A stretch of DNA of 63,500 bases, filler included, from Welwitschia mirabilis (taxonomy: Eukaryota), in NCBI GenBank assembly GCA_051453625.1. It is 4 parts of one record of this genome, joined end to end, with 100 filler letters (N's around TTAATTAATTAA, not from the genome) between each part and the next. Parts side by side here need not be neighbours in the genome. Positions count along the whole stretch, not along the records: positions 1 to 21,550 come from JBOZIK010000001.1; 3 more parts are not named here. One strand, 5' to 3'. The notes beneath the pieces were generated by a model that was given only the letters and a program-made list of their open reading frames with translations, was not told the origin of the DNA and did no database searches. The position numbers and the translations under genes were made by a program. Each line of letters starts with the position of its first letter. The stretch's first letter is position 1. This document shows positions 1 through 13,050 of this stretch, piece after piece.

Positions 1-182
1 ATTAGAGTTACATATTTCTTTCTCAAAATCAACTCTTTATTATCCATACTATTGGCCTTCGATGGAATTATGACATTCGGATTACTCCCGACTATACTAG
101 CATGCTATGTTTATGCATCTTATTTATAATTAATAGGATTTAGATCAAGGCGTGAAACATTGCATACATTCACACTGTAACA
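1..182 (+). repeat. 3' part of the 5' LTR of the Athila-like element
   Basis: Direct repeat of 7622-7802; ends TGTAACA immediately before the PBS. Confidence 0.9.
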
Positions 183-185
183 AAT

Positions 186-203
186 TAGTACCATTGTCGG
201 GGA
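186..203 (+). promoter_or_regulatory. Primer-binding site (tRNA-Asp type, Athila), decayed
   Basis: TAGTACCATTGTCGGGGA vs the Athila PBS TGGCGCCGTTGCCGGGGA; 5 differences, all G>A or C>T; 3 nt after the LTR end. Confidence 0.8.
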
Positions 204-579
204 AGGCTGCTTGAAAATTGAGAGTTATCATTACTTCAGTGGATAATGTAGATGTTTGTTGTAGTAGCAGTGTACCAGTACTTTTTGTAAGTTTTTATTT
301 TAGTTTTTATTTTTACTAACCTCTGACATCTCCTTCATCATCTAGACATTACATTCGGACGACTGTCTTAATTTCTGCTTTTTCTCTTTCTGTGGTTATC
401 TATGTTTTCTATTTCTATCATCTAGGATATTGTCTAGATGACTTACAGGATGACAAGGTAGAAACTGAATGGTTAAAATCAGAAAAAGGAAAAATATTAG
501 AAAAAAAAATTATTCATTGCTGAAAATATTAGAGAAGGTTTACTAAATTTTGAAATTAAAAATTAAAACACCCAGGTAT

Positions 580-3500
580 GCAAGATTTAGAATTTCCTAA
601 AACTTCTGATTTTAATTTTGAAAAATCTGATACCATGTCGACCTCTAACAAAAAATAAAAATAACCTATCTCTTCAAATCCATCCCCAGTAATTAGAACC
701 CTATCTTCTACTCCTTCTCGACCAAATACTCATGCTACTTTGAGAGATCTTATCATAACCAAGAAATATAAAATCTAAAACCCTTTTGACTTACCTACTA
801 GTGATGATGTAAAACTTAAAAACTTAAATTCTTATCCTACATTTAGTGAAGAACCTGATGAAGATCCTCTACAACACATTGCCGACACTGAATAACTTAT
901 CCTTACATCCGGAAATGGTAAAAAGTAAATAACTGATAGAACTTATATGGTTATTTTTCCTATGACTTAAGAGATAAAATAAAAATCTAGCTTAGATTGA
1001 TGCTCCATAAGAGCCTACAATCTTGGACTCAAGTTTAAGAAGCCTTCATTAAAAGATTCATAAGAAAAACCATCTTTCGGAAATGTAAGAAAAAAGTCAT
1101 AAGCTTCCAACAACTACCTAATGAAGACTATGCCTCTGTCTATGAGCTATTCTTTATTACTTTACATTTGAACCCTGTAGATGCTTTTCAGAGGTAGAAT
1201 TAATTAACTATTTCTATAGTGGATTAAACAATCATACCAAGCAACTTCTAGATTTCTCTTTTAGAGGCAACCTCTTAAACCAAACTTTAGAAGATGTTTG
1301 GAAGGTGTTAGAATACTTAGTGGAAGTAAGTCAAACTTGTCCTAAACCCTTCTCTAGAGAAAACTGAATAGTAGATCAAATCATCAAAGACCTCAAAGAA
1401 GTAAAACACAAGAAAACTGAAACTAAAATAAAAAATAAACTAACTAGCGTTATTAAGGATTTTACTTCTACCTTAGAGAAGTACACCCAAATGATCCTTG
1501 ATGCTAAAGTGGCAACTGAGAAGAGTGAAGTTATCGTTCCAACATGCAATTTGTGTGAAGATAGCTACCACATCATGAAAAATTGCCCCTTACTTCCTAC
1601 TGAAAAAGAAAGAATCTATGAAAAAGTGTGTGCTTTCAACCAAAGACCTTCTAACTACATGCCGAACAATGATCAAAGACAAGTCTTAAGTCATAATTTT
1701 CAAAATAAGATGAGTAAGCAACTAAATTATAAAAACTTCCAAACATCTCATCCTAACTTTCAGCCTTTTAGAAGTTGATTTGGAAATTTAAACTTTCAAT
1801 CTAATCATCTGAATAACTTGGCAAGTCATTCCAACTCCCAAAACCATCGTAATACTCTTAGGAATTCCATTGATGAGTTGAGAAAAACTTAATAAAAGAC
1901 AAATGCAAATATAGAAAATCTTATGAACATTTTACAATAAACCATGATTGCCAATTAAAGACCACAAGGGATTCTTGCCACTCAACTCTTACTGAACCCT
2001 AATGAAGTATGAAAAGATTATAAGGTAATGATAAGGAATGGAAATGATACAACTCCCCCTACTCATAAGGCTTTACTAAAATAATAAGAATAATGAGAAA
2101 GAAGACATCGAAATCCTAGAAAATCATTTCTTCCCTTTATTACTTAGTAACACAAAGAAAGATCAGTCACAAAAAAAACTTTCTACCCCATGGCATAATA
2201 AGCTTAACACAAACCCCATCTTTGACGATCATTTAAAACCCTTAATACAAAACATGAGCATCAACTTATCTTTTTGGAAACTTTTGCAAGAGAACCCCAA
2301 ATACTCTAAACTATGGAAAGACCTAATAAGAAGACAACAAAAAGGAACTATCCCTAGTAAAGTCTTCTTAGCTCAATCCATTAGCAACTTAGTTTCCAAG
2401 AAGTGTCCAAAATTTAAAGATCTAGGGCAGCAACTGTTAGTGTCACTTTAGAGGAAAATCAAAGAATTAAGAAAGCCTTGATAGATATAGGAGCTAGTGT
2501 TAATATTATGCCCTTGCATATTTTTAAATATCTTAGATTGGAAGAACAAATATAACTTATACAAATTGTCTTAGAGTTAGTTGATTCATCTATCAAGAAA
2601 TCCTTAGGTGTGATAAAGGACTTAGTTACTCAAATTGAGGAATCCTTCTACCCCATAGATGTAGTTGTTTTAGAAGTTGAGCATCAAAATGGATGTCCCC
2701 TACTTCTAGGTAGAGCTTTCTGTGCAATCACTCATTGCATCATAGATACTAGAACTAGATTAATGAAATGTCATTTTAGAAATAAACAATTTTCAATACG
2801 AGTCTTTGATGCAGCTGAAANNNNNNNNNNNNNNNNNNNNNNNNNNNNNNNNNNNNNNNNNNNNNNNNNNNNNNNNNNNNNNNNNNNNNNNNNNNNNNNN
2901 NNNNNNNNNNNNNNNNNNNNTTTGATGCAGCCAAAAAAGATTTAGGCAATGATTTAAGAGTGGAGGAAGAAATAAAACCAACCCTTTTTTTACAATATCA
3001 TCCACTTAAAGAGAGATGGTTCATGCTTCATGAGACAACCTTGTTTGATGATTACACAGAAGTAGAATACCTTTATAAGCTTAACAAAAAACTTGAGTTT
3101 AACCATCTATTCATTAAGTTTTCTAATCTAATAAGAAGTAAAACTAAGTCTATAACCTATTCTAAAGNNNNNNNNNNNNNNNNNNNNNNNNNNNNNNNNN
3201 NNNNNNNNNNNNNNNNNNNNNNNNNNNNNNNNNNNNNNNNNNNNNNNNNNNNNNNNNNNNNNNNNNNAACCATCTATTCATTAAGTTTTCTAATCTAATA
3301 AGAAGTAAAACTAAGTCTATAACCTATTCTAAAGTCCGAGAGACCAAAAACCTTGAGAATTCTTTTTGTAAAACCAGTTGTCCACTAATGACGTTCAGAC
3401 AATAGTCCGAGATGACACTCAATTTTCCTGAAAATACTTCTAAAACTAGAGGTCTGAAACTTAATCTAAACCTAAAACCTCTGAGTAGTGGACTAAAATA

Positions 3501-3958
3501 CATTTTTCTAAATAGAGACCTAAATAAACCCTTGATTATTAATAAAAATCTCTTACCTTAATAAGAATCTGATCTCATCTCTCTTTTAAAGTCAAAAGTT
3601 NNNNNNNNNNNNNNNNNNNNNNNNNNNNNNNNNNNNNNNNNNNNNNNNNNNNNNNNNNNNNNNNNNNNNNNNNNNNNNNNNNNNNNNNNNNNNNNNNNNN
3701 CTTACCTTAATAAGAATCTGATCTCATCTCTCTTTTAAATTCAAAAGTTCATGTGTTTACTTGGTCTCATAATGATCTATCAGCCATTTTCACTTCCATT
3801 ATGCAATACAAAATCTACCTCAAAGAAAATTCCAAACCTATGAGGCAACCCCAACGTAGATTAAATCTAACCCTAAAGCAAATTGTAAAAGACAAAATCA
3901 TAAAACTTATGGATGCTGAAATCATTTACTCTATTACTGATAGTGAGTGGGTTAGCCC
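580..3958 (+). pseudogene. Athila-like gag-protease-RT (N-terminal) pseudo-polyprotein
   Basis: Zn-knuckle-like CNLCEDSYHIMKNC (ORF 1491); protease KALIDIGASVNIMP at 2472 and PLLLGRAF; RT start KPMRQPQRRLN...IIYSITDSEWVSP (ORF 3753). Many stops and frameshifts; the rest of pol is lost in or near the gap at 3959. Confidence 0.85.
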
Positions 3959-4489
3959 NNNNNNNNNNNNNNNNNNNNNNNNNNNNNNNNNNNNNNNNNN
4001 NNNNNNNNNNNNNNNNNNNNNNNNNNNNNNNNNNNNNNNNNNNNNNNTTACTGGATTAGATTTTTCATTTGAGTACTTTGAATGTTTACTTCTCATGGGA
4101 CTCACTACATCTAAAGAATTTTAATTTTCTTCATTTTTTAACATTTCTTTTCTTGTGATTAGGCAATTTGGAATGCATTACATATTTTAGAAGGGGGCCA
4201 GGACATATTCCCATTATTTTTTATATTTTTTCCTAATTATGAAGTCATTTATTACACATCCATGTGATTTTTTCTTCATGTTTATCTAGTTNNNNNNNNN
4301 NNNNNNNNNNNNNNNNNNNNNNNNNNNNNNNNNNNNNNNNNNNNNNNNNNNNNNNNNNNNNNNNNNNNNNNNNNNNNNNNNNNNNNNNNNNATCATTTTT
4401 GATATTTTTATCGATTATGGGGTCGTTTATTGCATATCCATATGACATTTTTATCATGTTTATCTGGTTTTGCATGACGAGTTTTGTGT

Positions 4490-5660
4490 TTATGATTGAG
4501 AAGGCCACATACACATAGAACTAGACAGACATAAGCTTTATCTAATTCAGTAGAGTAGGCTGCAGTTCCTTTACTTAAGCCTAAGATATAGCATGAGAAG
4601 CTCATACACTCGCCACCTTGACACAGATGATCTTTGAGCACACAGATAGCTAGCATTTGTGTTGAGAGTCAATTTGGTGATTTCATGAGTTGTCTAGAGC
4701 CTAAGGTTGATCAAAGAATGATAAAGTTACAACTCAAATGGATCACAGATGCATACAGTACATACTATGTTTCTGAGATGAGAGAGTTTTATGACATCAT
4801 GCATATTGAAAGGTGACAAGACATTCGCAATTAGCTATAGGATCACATTATTGCATATATTTAAGACCATGAGATTGATATCCTCCCATCTTACATCGTA
4901 ATCATCACAGATCTCAGAGGTCTTAGGATCTTACATATTCATTTAGCTGGTGGGACTGAGGAGCATTAAGCTTATGGCACCATTTTAGATATTCCATCTG
5001 ACATGACTACTAATTGATGAGGGGTAAATGTTACCCAGCTGACCACCACATACAGAGTTTTGTATAGAGGATTGATTTACAACATTAGTCCATCATATCA
5101 TGATAGTCATGTTATGATCGCACATTTACAGATTCTAGTAGCTTTTCATTAGGAGGAACAGATCGACTTATCAACATTTATTTGCAGGTGACTTAAATCC
5201 ATGATTGAGTCACACCATTTACAAACACTTGGCTATTTATGCCTCCTCTCTACTTTGTTCAAATGATTCGGAATCCCAGAGCCTATAGGTGAGCGATGTT
5301 TCTCACATATACAGACTTTTGCTCATTATTTAGAGGATATGGGTATACAGATACTAGGAGAGATAGAGAGACCTCAAGCACAGAGATATGCAGTTGGAGC
5401 ATCATTAGAGCAGATCCAAGCCCTTCTATCTGAGAGTACCGAAACCCTCAGAGGATTTATGGATCAGAGGATGTAGAAATTAGAGCAGTAGATTACATCC
5501 TTAGAGTAGAGAGTTGAGCAGTAGATAGCATCTATAGAGAGGAGAACACAGTATACAGAGAATCAGATCATGGACATGTGTTAGCGTATTGTCTTCATGC
5601 AACAGAATGTAACTGTAGAACTTCTCGAGTCATTAGGTGTCTAGGGAGATGAGATGGTCT
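4490..5660 (+). pseudogene. Extra 3' ORF (env-like/ORF2) of the Athila-like element, decayed
   Basis: Lies between pol and the 3' LTR. YYVSEMREFYDIM resembles the 'Y..lvrEFY..' motif of Athila extra ORFs, followed by a purine-rich coiled-coil-like tail. Boundaries approximate. Confidence 0.5.
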
Positions 5661-6727
5661 AATCTATTGTAGCATCTCTAGATGAACATCTTTTCATATA
5701 TCATGATCACTTTTCTTCCTCTTCCCTTNNNNNNNNNNNNNNNNNNNNNNNNNNNNNNNNNNNNNNNNNNNNNNNNNNNNNNNNNNNNNNNNNNNNNNNN
5801 NNNNNNNNNNNNNNNNNNNNNNNNNNNNNNNNNNNNNNNNNNNNNNNNNNNNNNNNNNNNNNNNNNNNNNNNNNNNNNNNNNNNNNNNNNNNNNNNNNNN
5901 NNNNNNNNNNNNNNNNNNNNNNNNNNNNNNNNNNNNNNNNNNNNNNNNNNNNNNNNNNNNNNNNNNNNNNNNNNNNNNNNNNNNNNNNNNNNNNNNNNNN
6001 NNNNNNNNNNNNNNNNNNNNNNNNNNNNNNNNNNNNNNNNNNNNNNNNNNNNNNNNNNNNNNNNNNNNNNNNNNNNNNNNNNNNNNNNNNNNNNNNNNNN
6101 NNNNNNNNNNNNNNNNNNNNNNNNNNNNNNNNNNNNNNNNNNNNNNNNNNNNNNNNNNNNNNNNNNNNNNNNNNNNNNNNNNNNNNNNNNNNNNNNNNNN
6201 NNNNNNNNNNNNNNNNNNNNNNNNNNNNNNNNNNNNNNNNNNNNNNNNNNNNNNNNNNNNNNNNNNNNNNNNNNNNNNNNNNNNNNNNNNNNNNNNNNNN
6301 NNNNNNNNNNNNNNNNNNNNNNNNNNNNNNNNNNNNNNNNNNNNNNNNNNNNNNNNNNNNNNNNNNNNNNNNNNNNNNNNNNNNNNNNNNNNNNNNNNNN
6401 NNNNNNNNNNNNNNNNNNNNNNNNNNNNNNNNNNNNNNNNNNNNNNNNNNNNNNNNNNNNNNNNNNNNNNNNNNNNNNNNNNNNNNNNNNNNNNNNNNNN
6501 NNNNNNNNNNNNNNNNNNNNNNNNNNNNNNNNNNNNNNNNNNNNNNNNNNNNNNNNNNNNNNNNNNNNNNNNNNNNNNNNNNNNNNNNNNNNNNNNNNNN
6601 NNNNNNNNNNNNNNNNNNNNNNNNNNNNNNNNNNNNNNNNNNNNNNNNNNNNNNNNNNNNNNNNNNNNNNNNNNNNNNNNNNNNNNNNNNNNNNNNNNNN
6701 NNNNNNNNNNNNNNNNNNNNNNNNNNN

Positions 6728-7802
6728 TATTTGATAGGGTATTATGAGTTGTTTTGCAGGTGAATTAATAAATAAATGCTTAATCCTTATCATAATTAAG
6801 AACCAAGATGAAGAGAATGAAAACATGCAGTTTACAGATAAATTACAAGCATTTGGCATAGATATGGATAATTGACATTTTGGATAATGGTTCCTACAAA
6901 TAACAAAGTGATTAAACTAACTGAAAGTTGAGAAAAGGCTATCATCCACACAATTGTCTGGACAGCACAGACGGATGACATCTCTAAACTGAGTGATAAT
7001 AAGTTCACATGCAGATCACAGGAAGTTCAACTAGAGTAAATAAGAACATCTAATTATTAGTTTGCATTATCTCTTATATCGTTCGGATGACATAAAAGAT
7101 GATACTATTCTCTTATACTTTTACCGAATGTTTTGCCTAGTTTTCACCACTTCATTACGACTTATCTTTGCATGTTAGCTAGGGTTTCTCCTCTACTTCT
7201 TTATTAGTTTTCCTTTCTTTTTGTTTATAAATAAGGGTCTCCCCCTCGATCACCAATCATCTTCAAAAATACCTGACATTCTCGTGACTGGAGATCTTGG
7301 GACCAGAGAACCATCCAACAATTATAGAAAGATGTTCTCTTGGTGTTGGGCTCGTTTCCTTCATTGGGAAATGGCTACTTTGTAAGGCAGCTGCTTTTAT
7401 GCTTTTAATAAGAATTATCCTTTTTATTCAATATATGTAGGAATCTCTCCCTCATATTTTATATTATTTAAGGTTTATAACAAGTTTCTTTTATTATATA
7501 GGTTATGAAGTTAGCCTTTGTTAAGGTTGAGCTTAATTAGATTAGGTGCATCATTATTTCCTTTCATAGATTAGTTTTGCATCATTATTTTATTTCCATG
7601 CATTTCAGTTTGTTTCAGTAGATTAGGGTTATATATTTCTTTCTCAAAATTAACTCCTTATTGTTCATACTATTGGCCTTCAATGGAATTATGACATTCG
7701 GATCACTCCTGACTATACTAGTATCTATGTTTATGCATCTTATTTGTAATTAACAGGATTTAGATCAAGGCATGAAACATTGCATAAATTTGCACCACAA
7801 CA
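6728..7802 (+). repeat. 3' LTR of the Athila-like element (first ~20 nt hidden in the gap)
   Basis: Start TATTTGATAGGGT...GAGTTGTTTTGCAG matches the LTR start at 21479 and, in reverse, the copy ending at 53874; the end matches 1-182. Confidence 0.88.
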
Positions 7803-8398
7803 CTTTCCAAGATTTGGGATTATTTAGGTACTTCTAGTGATGATTAAGTCCTCTTTATTGCTAAAGGTATGGAATGCTTCTGTGTTTTTATTTTTCTATT
7901 GTAATGAAACTTGCTTTTAGAGGGGGTAAATTCTGTGAAAGCACTTATAAGCTTTATTCGATAGTCATGGAGGATGGATAGGCATTGGAATTCTGGTTGA
8001 AAGTAAAGCAAGATAAGGATATTAATGAAACAAATAAAAAAATGTTTATTCTTGACAAGGCAAAGTATGTTGTATTCCATTGAATTTTCATGCAACGATG
8101 TATAGAAGGCTTTATTTATTTACAAGATTTCTTAAAGCAGTACAATATTTGCAATGTGTAGTACAGTGGAGGTTTCCAAAGCTTTGTGTTAAGATAATTT
8201 AAGGCTGGGATAAATGGGATAAATAGGCTAGAGGGAAAAATGTATTCAAATATTCAAAATTAATAAGCCTAAAATATGGGGAAAATTATTCATAATAGTA
8301 AAAAAATAGGCCAAACAAAGCTAGGACTTGAAGCTATGGACTCTCAAGACTTTGAAGCTAAAAATAATTGCTTAAAAACGAAAAATGCTATACAAGGT

Positions 8399-11300
8399 GT
8401 GAAAAATAGTGTTAAAGTCATAGAGCTAGATCATATTGTACTGTAGAACAAAAAACTAGTTGTAACTTGCTTTGGTAGGAGACTAATGTGCAAAGTGATT
8501 GAATATAAATGCTTTTTTAGTTGGGAGTTTTTTCTTAGAAGGAAGAAATATAAAAAGACCTCTTCTTCATTGGTGAAGGTGGACAAACCTTCTCATGATG
8601 ATGAGGGTAGCAAATATGTTGATGAACTTTAAATTGATGATTCAATGCCCTTGATCTAGTCTATGAGAAAAATACCTTAGAAGATTTTTGATGTTAGCTA
8701 CAAATATTTTTTCAAGGTTAAATCAGCTAATATTTCTAGCTCATTATAATGTAGGGAGAATTTGGAAGAGGTGGAATAATCCAAACCACATCATAACTTC
8801 AAAGCTTTAGATGATCTTTGTGGTACAAAGTCTAAAAGTTCACATAAACAAAAAAAGGAGGAGAGCCTAAAGACTATGCTCTATCCTACATTCAAAAGTG
8901 AAAATGTTGAAGAGAAGTTAAAATCTACATTGTGAGGTTCATTTGATAGCTCTTATCTTAGGTGGAGTAATTACAATGTTAGTAGAAATATTTCAAAGGC
9001 TTCAGTTTCTGAAACTTCTATATGTAGAGATTCAAAAGATGGAGTTAATAGAATTTATGATGAATAAAATACCCGAAAGCAAGACGTAGCCACAATACTT
9101 TCTTTAACATTTAGCTCTCATTGTATCTTTTTGAGTTTAGATATTAGTTTCCCTACATTTTCAAAGCATTCTATAGAGGATGGTTCTACATCGTTGCCTT
9201 GTAAATTTGTATCGAAGGAAAGAGCATTATCCCCATCGAGAAATGGTAAAAAAAGATAGACAAAGCACTATAAGAAGATTTATTACTCTTAAATAGATCC
9301 ATTCCACCTCATTGATAGGATAGTTAAGGTTTATTGACCACTTGACGATAGATGGTATTATGATTAGGTTAAAATTTATGATCCAAAAAATTATTTACAT
9401 AATATTTATTATGATGACCATGAGAAAAAGTAACTATTACTTGAAAAGAAAAAGTTAAAGCTTCAGTTTATTCCTAGCAAGATTTGAGGTTGAACTAGAT
9501 CATTCCAAAGGCTTTAACATGAAGATATTAACAAGTGATTTATAACTACTAAGCAATGTGGATTGCAATTTCTGGGTCCAAAGCACAGCACTGGCTCTAT
9601 AGGTGTTCCTAAGGGATTACATTCTAACCAGAATAGAAATGATCCCAATAAGAAAATCTTGGATGGTTTATCTCATTCCCTGAAAGGATTTAAGTTAGAT
9701 TTCATGCATGGAATCTCAAGCAGTGGTACGATATGTGATACGAAAAATGATAATTCTGAATAAACCATTAAAATTGGATTCCATAAGAAACTTATTAGAA
9801 ACCTCTATGCTAGAAGACATTATCATAAAAATGGGTTCTGCATAAGATCTTTAGGCTATGAGAGTACTCAAAAAAGTATTTTAGAAAGTACCCAGGGGTA
9901 GTTAGAAGTTACTATAATGAACAAAGAGGACTGTGAGCTTTCAAATGGTCAAAATGTTAAAGGGAAAAACTTAATTATAGCAGAGAGATCTAAGTCCTTT
10001 AAATCTTCCAATCCTAGAAATGTTTTTAATTTGAATAGTTCTAAGCAGTCAGCTCATGAAGATCTTCATATATCATCTTATAAGTATTCATGGGTTAAGG
10101 GACAAGACTTGTCCCTAATTTAACATCAACTCCTTGGTGGGTTTTTATTCATTGCATATATGAGACTTCATAAATTCCTATTAATATCTAGCCTTTTGAT
10201 TCACCAATATATATTTTCAAAAGATTTACATGTACATTATCTGATGTTGTATGTTTGAAGAACTATAACCTCACAACATGTTATATTGAAACATAATGGT
10301 CTTTCTTGCCAAAATATTCTAATAGTGAGGAAATGTTTAATAGTCATGTTTGTTTGGCCTGATGTTTTGTTAAATATCCAGTTTATAGATGACATACATT
10401 TTTCAACTGTGCTATACATGAAATTTTTCTTGCTTAAATTTGTTAATAGCCTAATTATAATCATTATAGTATACATGGTTCTATCAGGAAAGTTTATTCC
10501 TTGTATTTCTTTGGGATTATAAAGGCTCAATGATGTTTAGACTCCAAGCCCATATATTGGATTTTAGGTTTCCATTTCCAAAGGCTTTACCAAGTCATAT
10601 GGCTTTGTGTTATATGACTTACCTGGTGATAAACTAAAGAATTGGATGGGGTTTGAAAAAATATGAAAATTATGGCAAGTGATTCACTATCTACTTTTGA
10701 CATTATATCAGCATACTCAAGGCTATAAATTAAATTAATTTTATATGCATCAAGAAGATAACCTAGAAAAAATGTAAGATAATTTGTGTTTTATAGAAGT
10801 TTAACCTTCTTAAGCATCAAAATTTAGTAATATAGTTTTTACCCATGGTAAAGAGTCCAATGAATGTTAAATCTAAAATCTTTCATTCTATCACAAAACT
10901 TTTGGAGGACCTAGTACATTAATGTCTTTCCAATAGCCAAAAGAGGCTACTACTTTAGATGTAAGTATCTCTAATTAACTTTGGATTTGACAAGTTCATT
11001 TTCACTTTTAGCTATAGCTAGTGACTATCTTTATTACATTCAATTTTTTTTAAGCTAGAGAATGGTTCAGAAAATAGGCTTTCTATTGTTGAAAGAATTA
11101 AGTGATAGTCCTCTTGCTCATGGAAATAACAGATTTCACGTTCAGGGTGATTTGGATGTCCATCTTCAGAATAGTCAATTTTCTTAGATTCTCAAGCTAA
11201 TGGTTAATGTTATACCAATTTTTTTTCTTAATCTAAAATATGAGGTTTTTTGAAAAACAAATGAAACCTTCTTACTTGGAATCAACAAATGCAGAAAATG

Positions 11301-13050
11301 AAGGACGAAAAGAAGATTTTGATGTCATTTAATGTAAAACAGACTTGCTTGACTCATCAGGTCTAAATGATGATAAAGATTCTGATGACATAGTAAAAAC
11401 CAATGATATTACTTTTAAAATACTTAGTATCATTCCTCATGAAGATTATAACATTTGAAAGGTAGATGTTGATGCTGAAACTATAAGCACTATGGATGGT
11501 TGGGTAATGTCACCTGCAAGATCCTCTAATTCTGAGCTTAACTTAAATGGTGCTAGTGTAGGCCCTATATCAAGTCAAGAATTTTTAGGCTCTTTCTTGC
11601 CTTTTGGAAGTATTCTTAAGTTTTATAGACTTGCAACAGGAAGGTATTCCTAGTGTTTTTACAAGTGGATAAACTCTGCTCTTTTTAAAAGTTTAGATTC
11701 TTCCAATGACACATGTAAAGAAGTTAGTAAGTTTTATGTAGATATGTATGCTCAGGGCAATATGGTCTACAGTAGAGGGATAGAAAATAAAATAGATGAC
11801 TTTGATGAAGCATTTAATTTAGATAGCTTATCGTCTTAGATACATTTGTGGCAAAATAATAGGTTTCATAATTTTGGTGATGGTTTCATAGAGTTCAGAA
11901 AGTGTAAAATTAGTAGTAAAGATCTATTTTCTAGTGAGCATTCTATCTATGAATGTTTCTAGTAAAAGAGTCATTTAAGATGAGGAGAGCCTTTATGACA
12001 TGAGAGAGAGGAAAAGAATAAGAGAAGATTTTAATATTCTTCAAATTTCAAACTACATTCTGATTCTTGCCCTTATAATGTTAATCTAATGGTGCCAGAT
12101 GCTCACAAAGATTGGAGAGAAGAGGGGGTCGAAGTTGTTATTGAAAGGTCTAATCAAGATGATTGGATTCTTGCTATTAGAGTTTTAGGTATTATAAGAT
12201 TTACCTATAAGTCTCAACAAGTTAATACTCAATCTATTTCTATACATTGTGTCCATCATATGATGCTATGGAGAGTAGGTGATGAATGAAGCTTGGAATT
12301 TTCCAACTACAAGTAATGGGTCATTTTCAAGAATTTACATGCAGAATGCCATAATTGTAATATTCATGCTACTATAATTAGGCATATTCCTATCCCAGCG
12401 GTGCATGAGATAGAAGACTTTGACAATGACCCAGATAGCCATTTTTCTAGATCAACTTTAAGGTATATTCGACAGGTAGAAAATGAAGTTGAAATGGAAT
12501 TAGTGACTTCTTGCATTAGTTATGACATGGATAGAGTTGAATAACAGTATGTTTGATGATGAAGAAGGCATAGCAACTAAGGTATCAAAGGAGACATTCA
12601 AGAAAATAATGAATCTTTTAGAGAAGGTTGCATTCATACAATAGCTTGAGCTATTAAATAGTGATGAGGTGGCTGATTTCTATTGGGATATTACCCCTAT
12701 GGAGGTTGTTAAAGCCATTAATGCTTACTAAAAATAGAAAATATGGATAAAGGGAATGCCCTTGGTTTAACAGTTCCAAGTAAACAACGTGCTCTCTCTT
12801 TTTCCCTATCACAGATATCATATTATTGTATCTTGCACATCTCCTTTTAGATATTTCTAATTGCTATAATTACAATTTAGTTTCTTTAACATTCATAGTT
12901 TCTTTTGTGTAGCCAGCCTATTGGTAGTGTTATCAGCAGTAATTTAAAAATTGGAAATCATAGATCCAGGAATTATAGGATTCTTCCAACTCAAACAAGT
13001 AGGTATCAGTTCCTAAAAAATCTCCATTATTTGCTTTATTTGCGTTTTTA
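8399..13050 (+). pseudogene. Enhancer-of-polycomb-related (EPCR1-like, Tudor + EPL1 domain) unprocessed pseudogene
   Basis: 9296-9463 reads DPFHLIDRIVKVY*PLDDRWYYD*VKIYD..HNIYYDDHE (cf. KIKVFWPLDERWYHGFV..HHVKYDDRDEE). ~12070-12540 reads DWREEGVEV..WILAIR..MLWRVGDE*SLEF..W.IFKNLHAECHNCNIHA..IPIPAV..YIRQVENEVEM..YDMD. Then KGMPLV*QFQ, a GT..AG intron at 12780-12912, and PAYW*CYQQ*FKNW..KSPLFA. Start position approximate. Confidence 0.85.

Larger units (their letters stand above)
1..7802 (+). mobile_element. Degenerate Ty3/Gypsy Athila-like LTR retrotransposon (5' LTR runs off the window start)
   Basis: 1-182 repeats at 7622-7802 (19 substitutions + 1 gap by manual alignment), both ending in ACA. 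A PBS follows 182. Gag, protease and RT-start remnants and an extra ORF lie between the LTRs. Confidence 0.9.

Noticed and set aside
3099-3333. Apparent tandem repeats flanking ~100-N gaps (also near 2821, 3601, 13982, 14514, 49628, 56523 and the larger gap at 35557)
   Set aside because: The same sequence on both sides of fixed-length gaps indicates unmerged contig overlaps or haplotypes.
5678-6859. Long ORFs made mostly of X (also 15211-15708, 35429-36220, 52231-53182)
   Set aside because: Open only because they run through N gaps.
8167-8184. Exact 18-mer TGGAGGTTTCCAAAGCTT shared with 40079-40096, upstream of both the EPCR1-like and zinc-finger loci
   Set aside because: No extension on either side; one such match in a 63-kb self-comparison could be chance.
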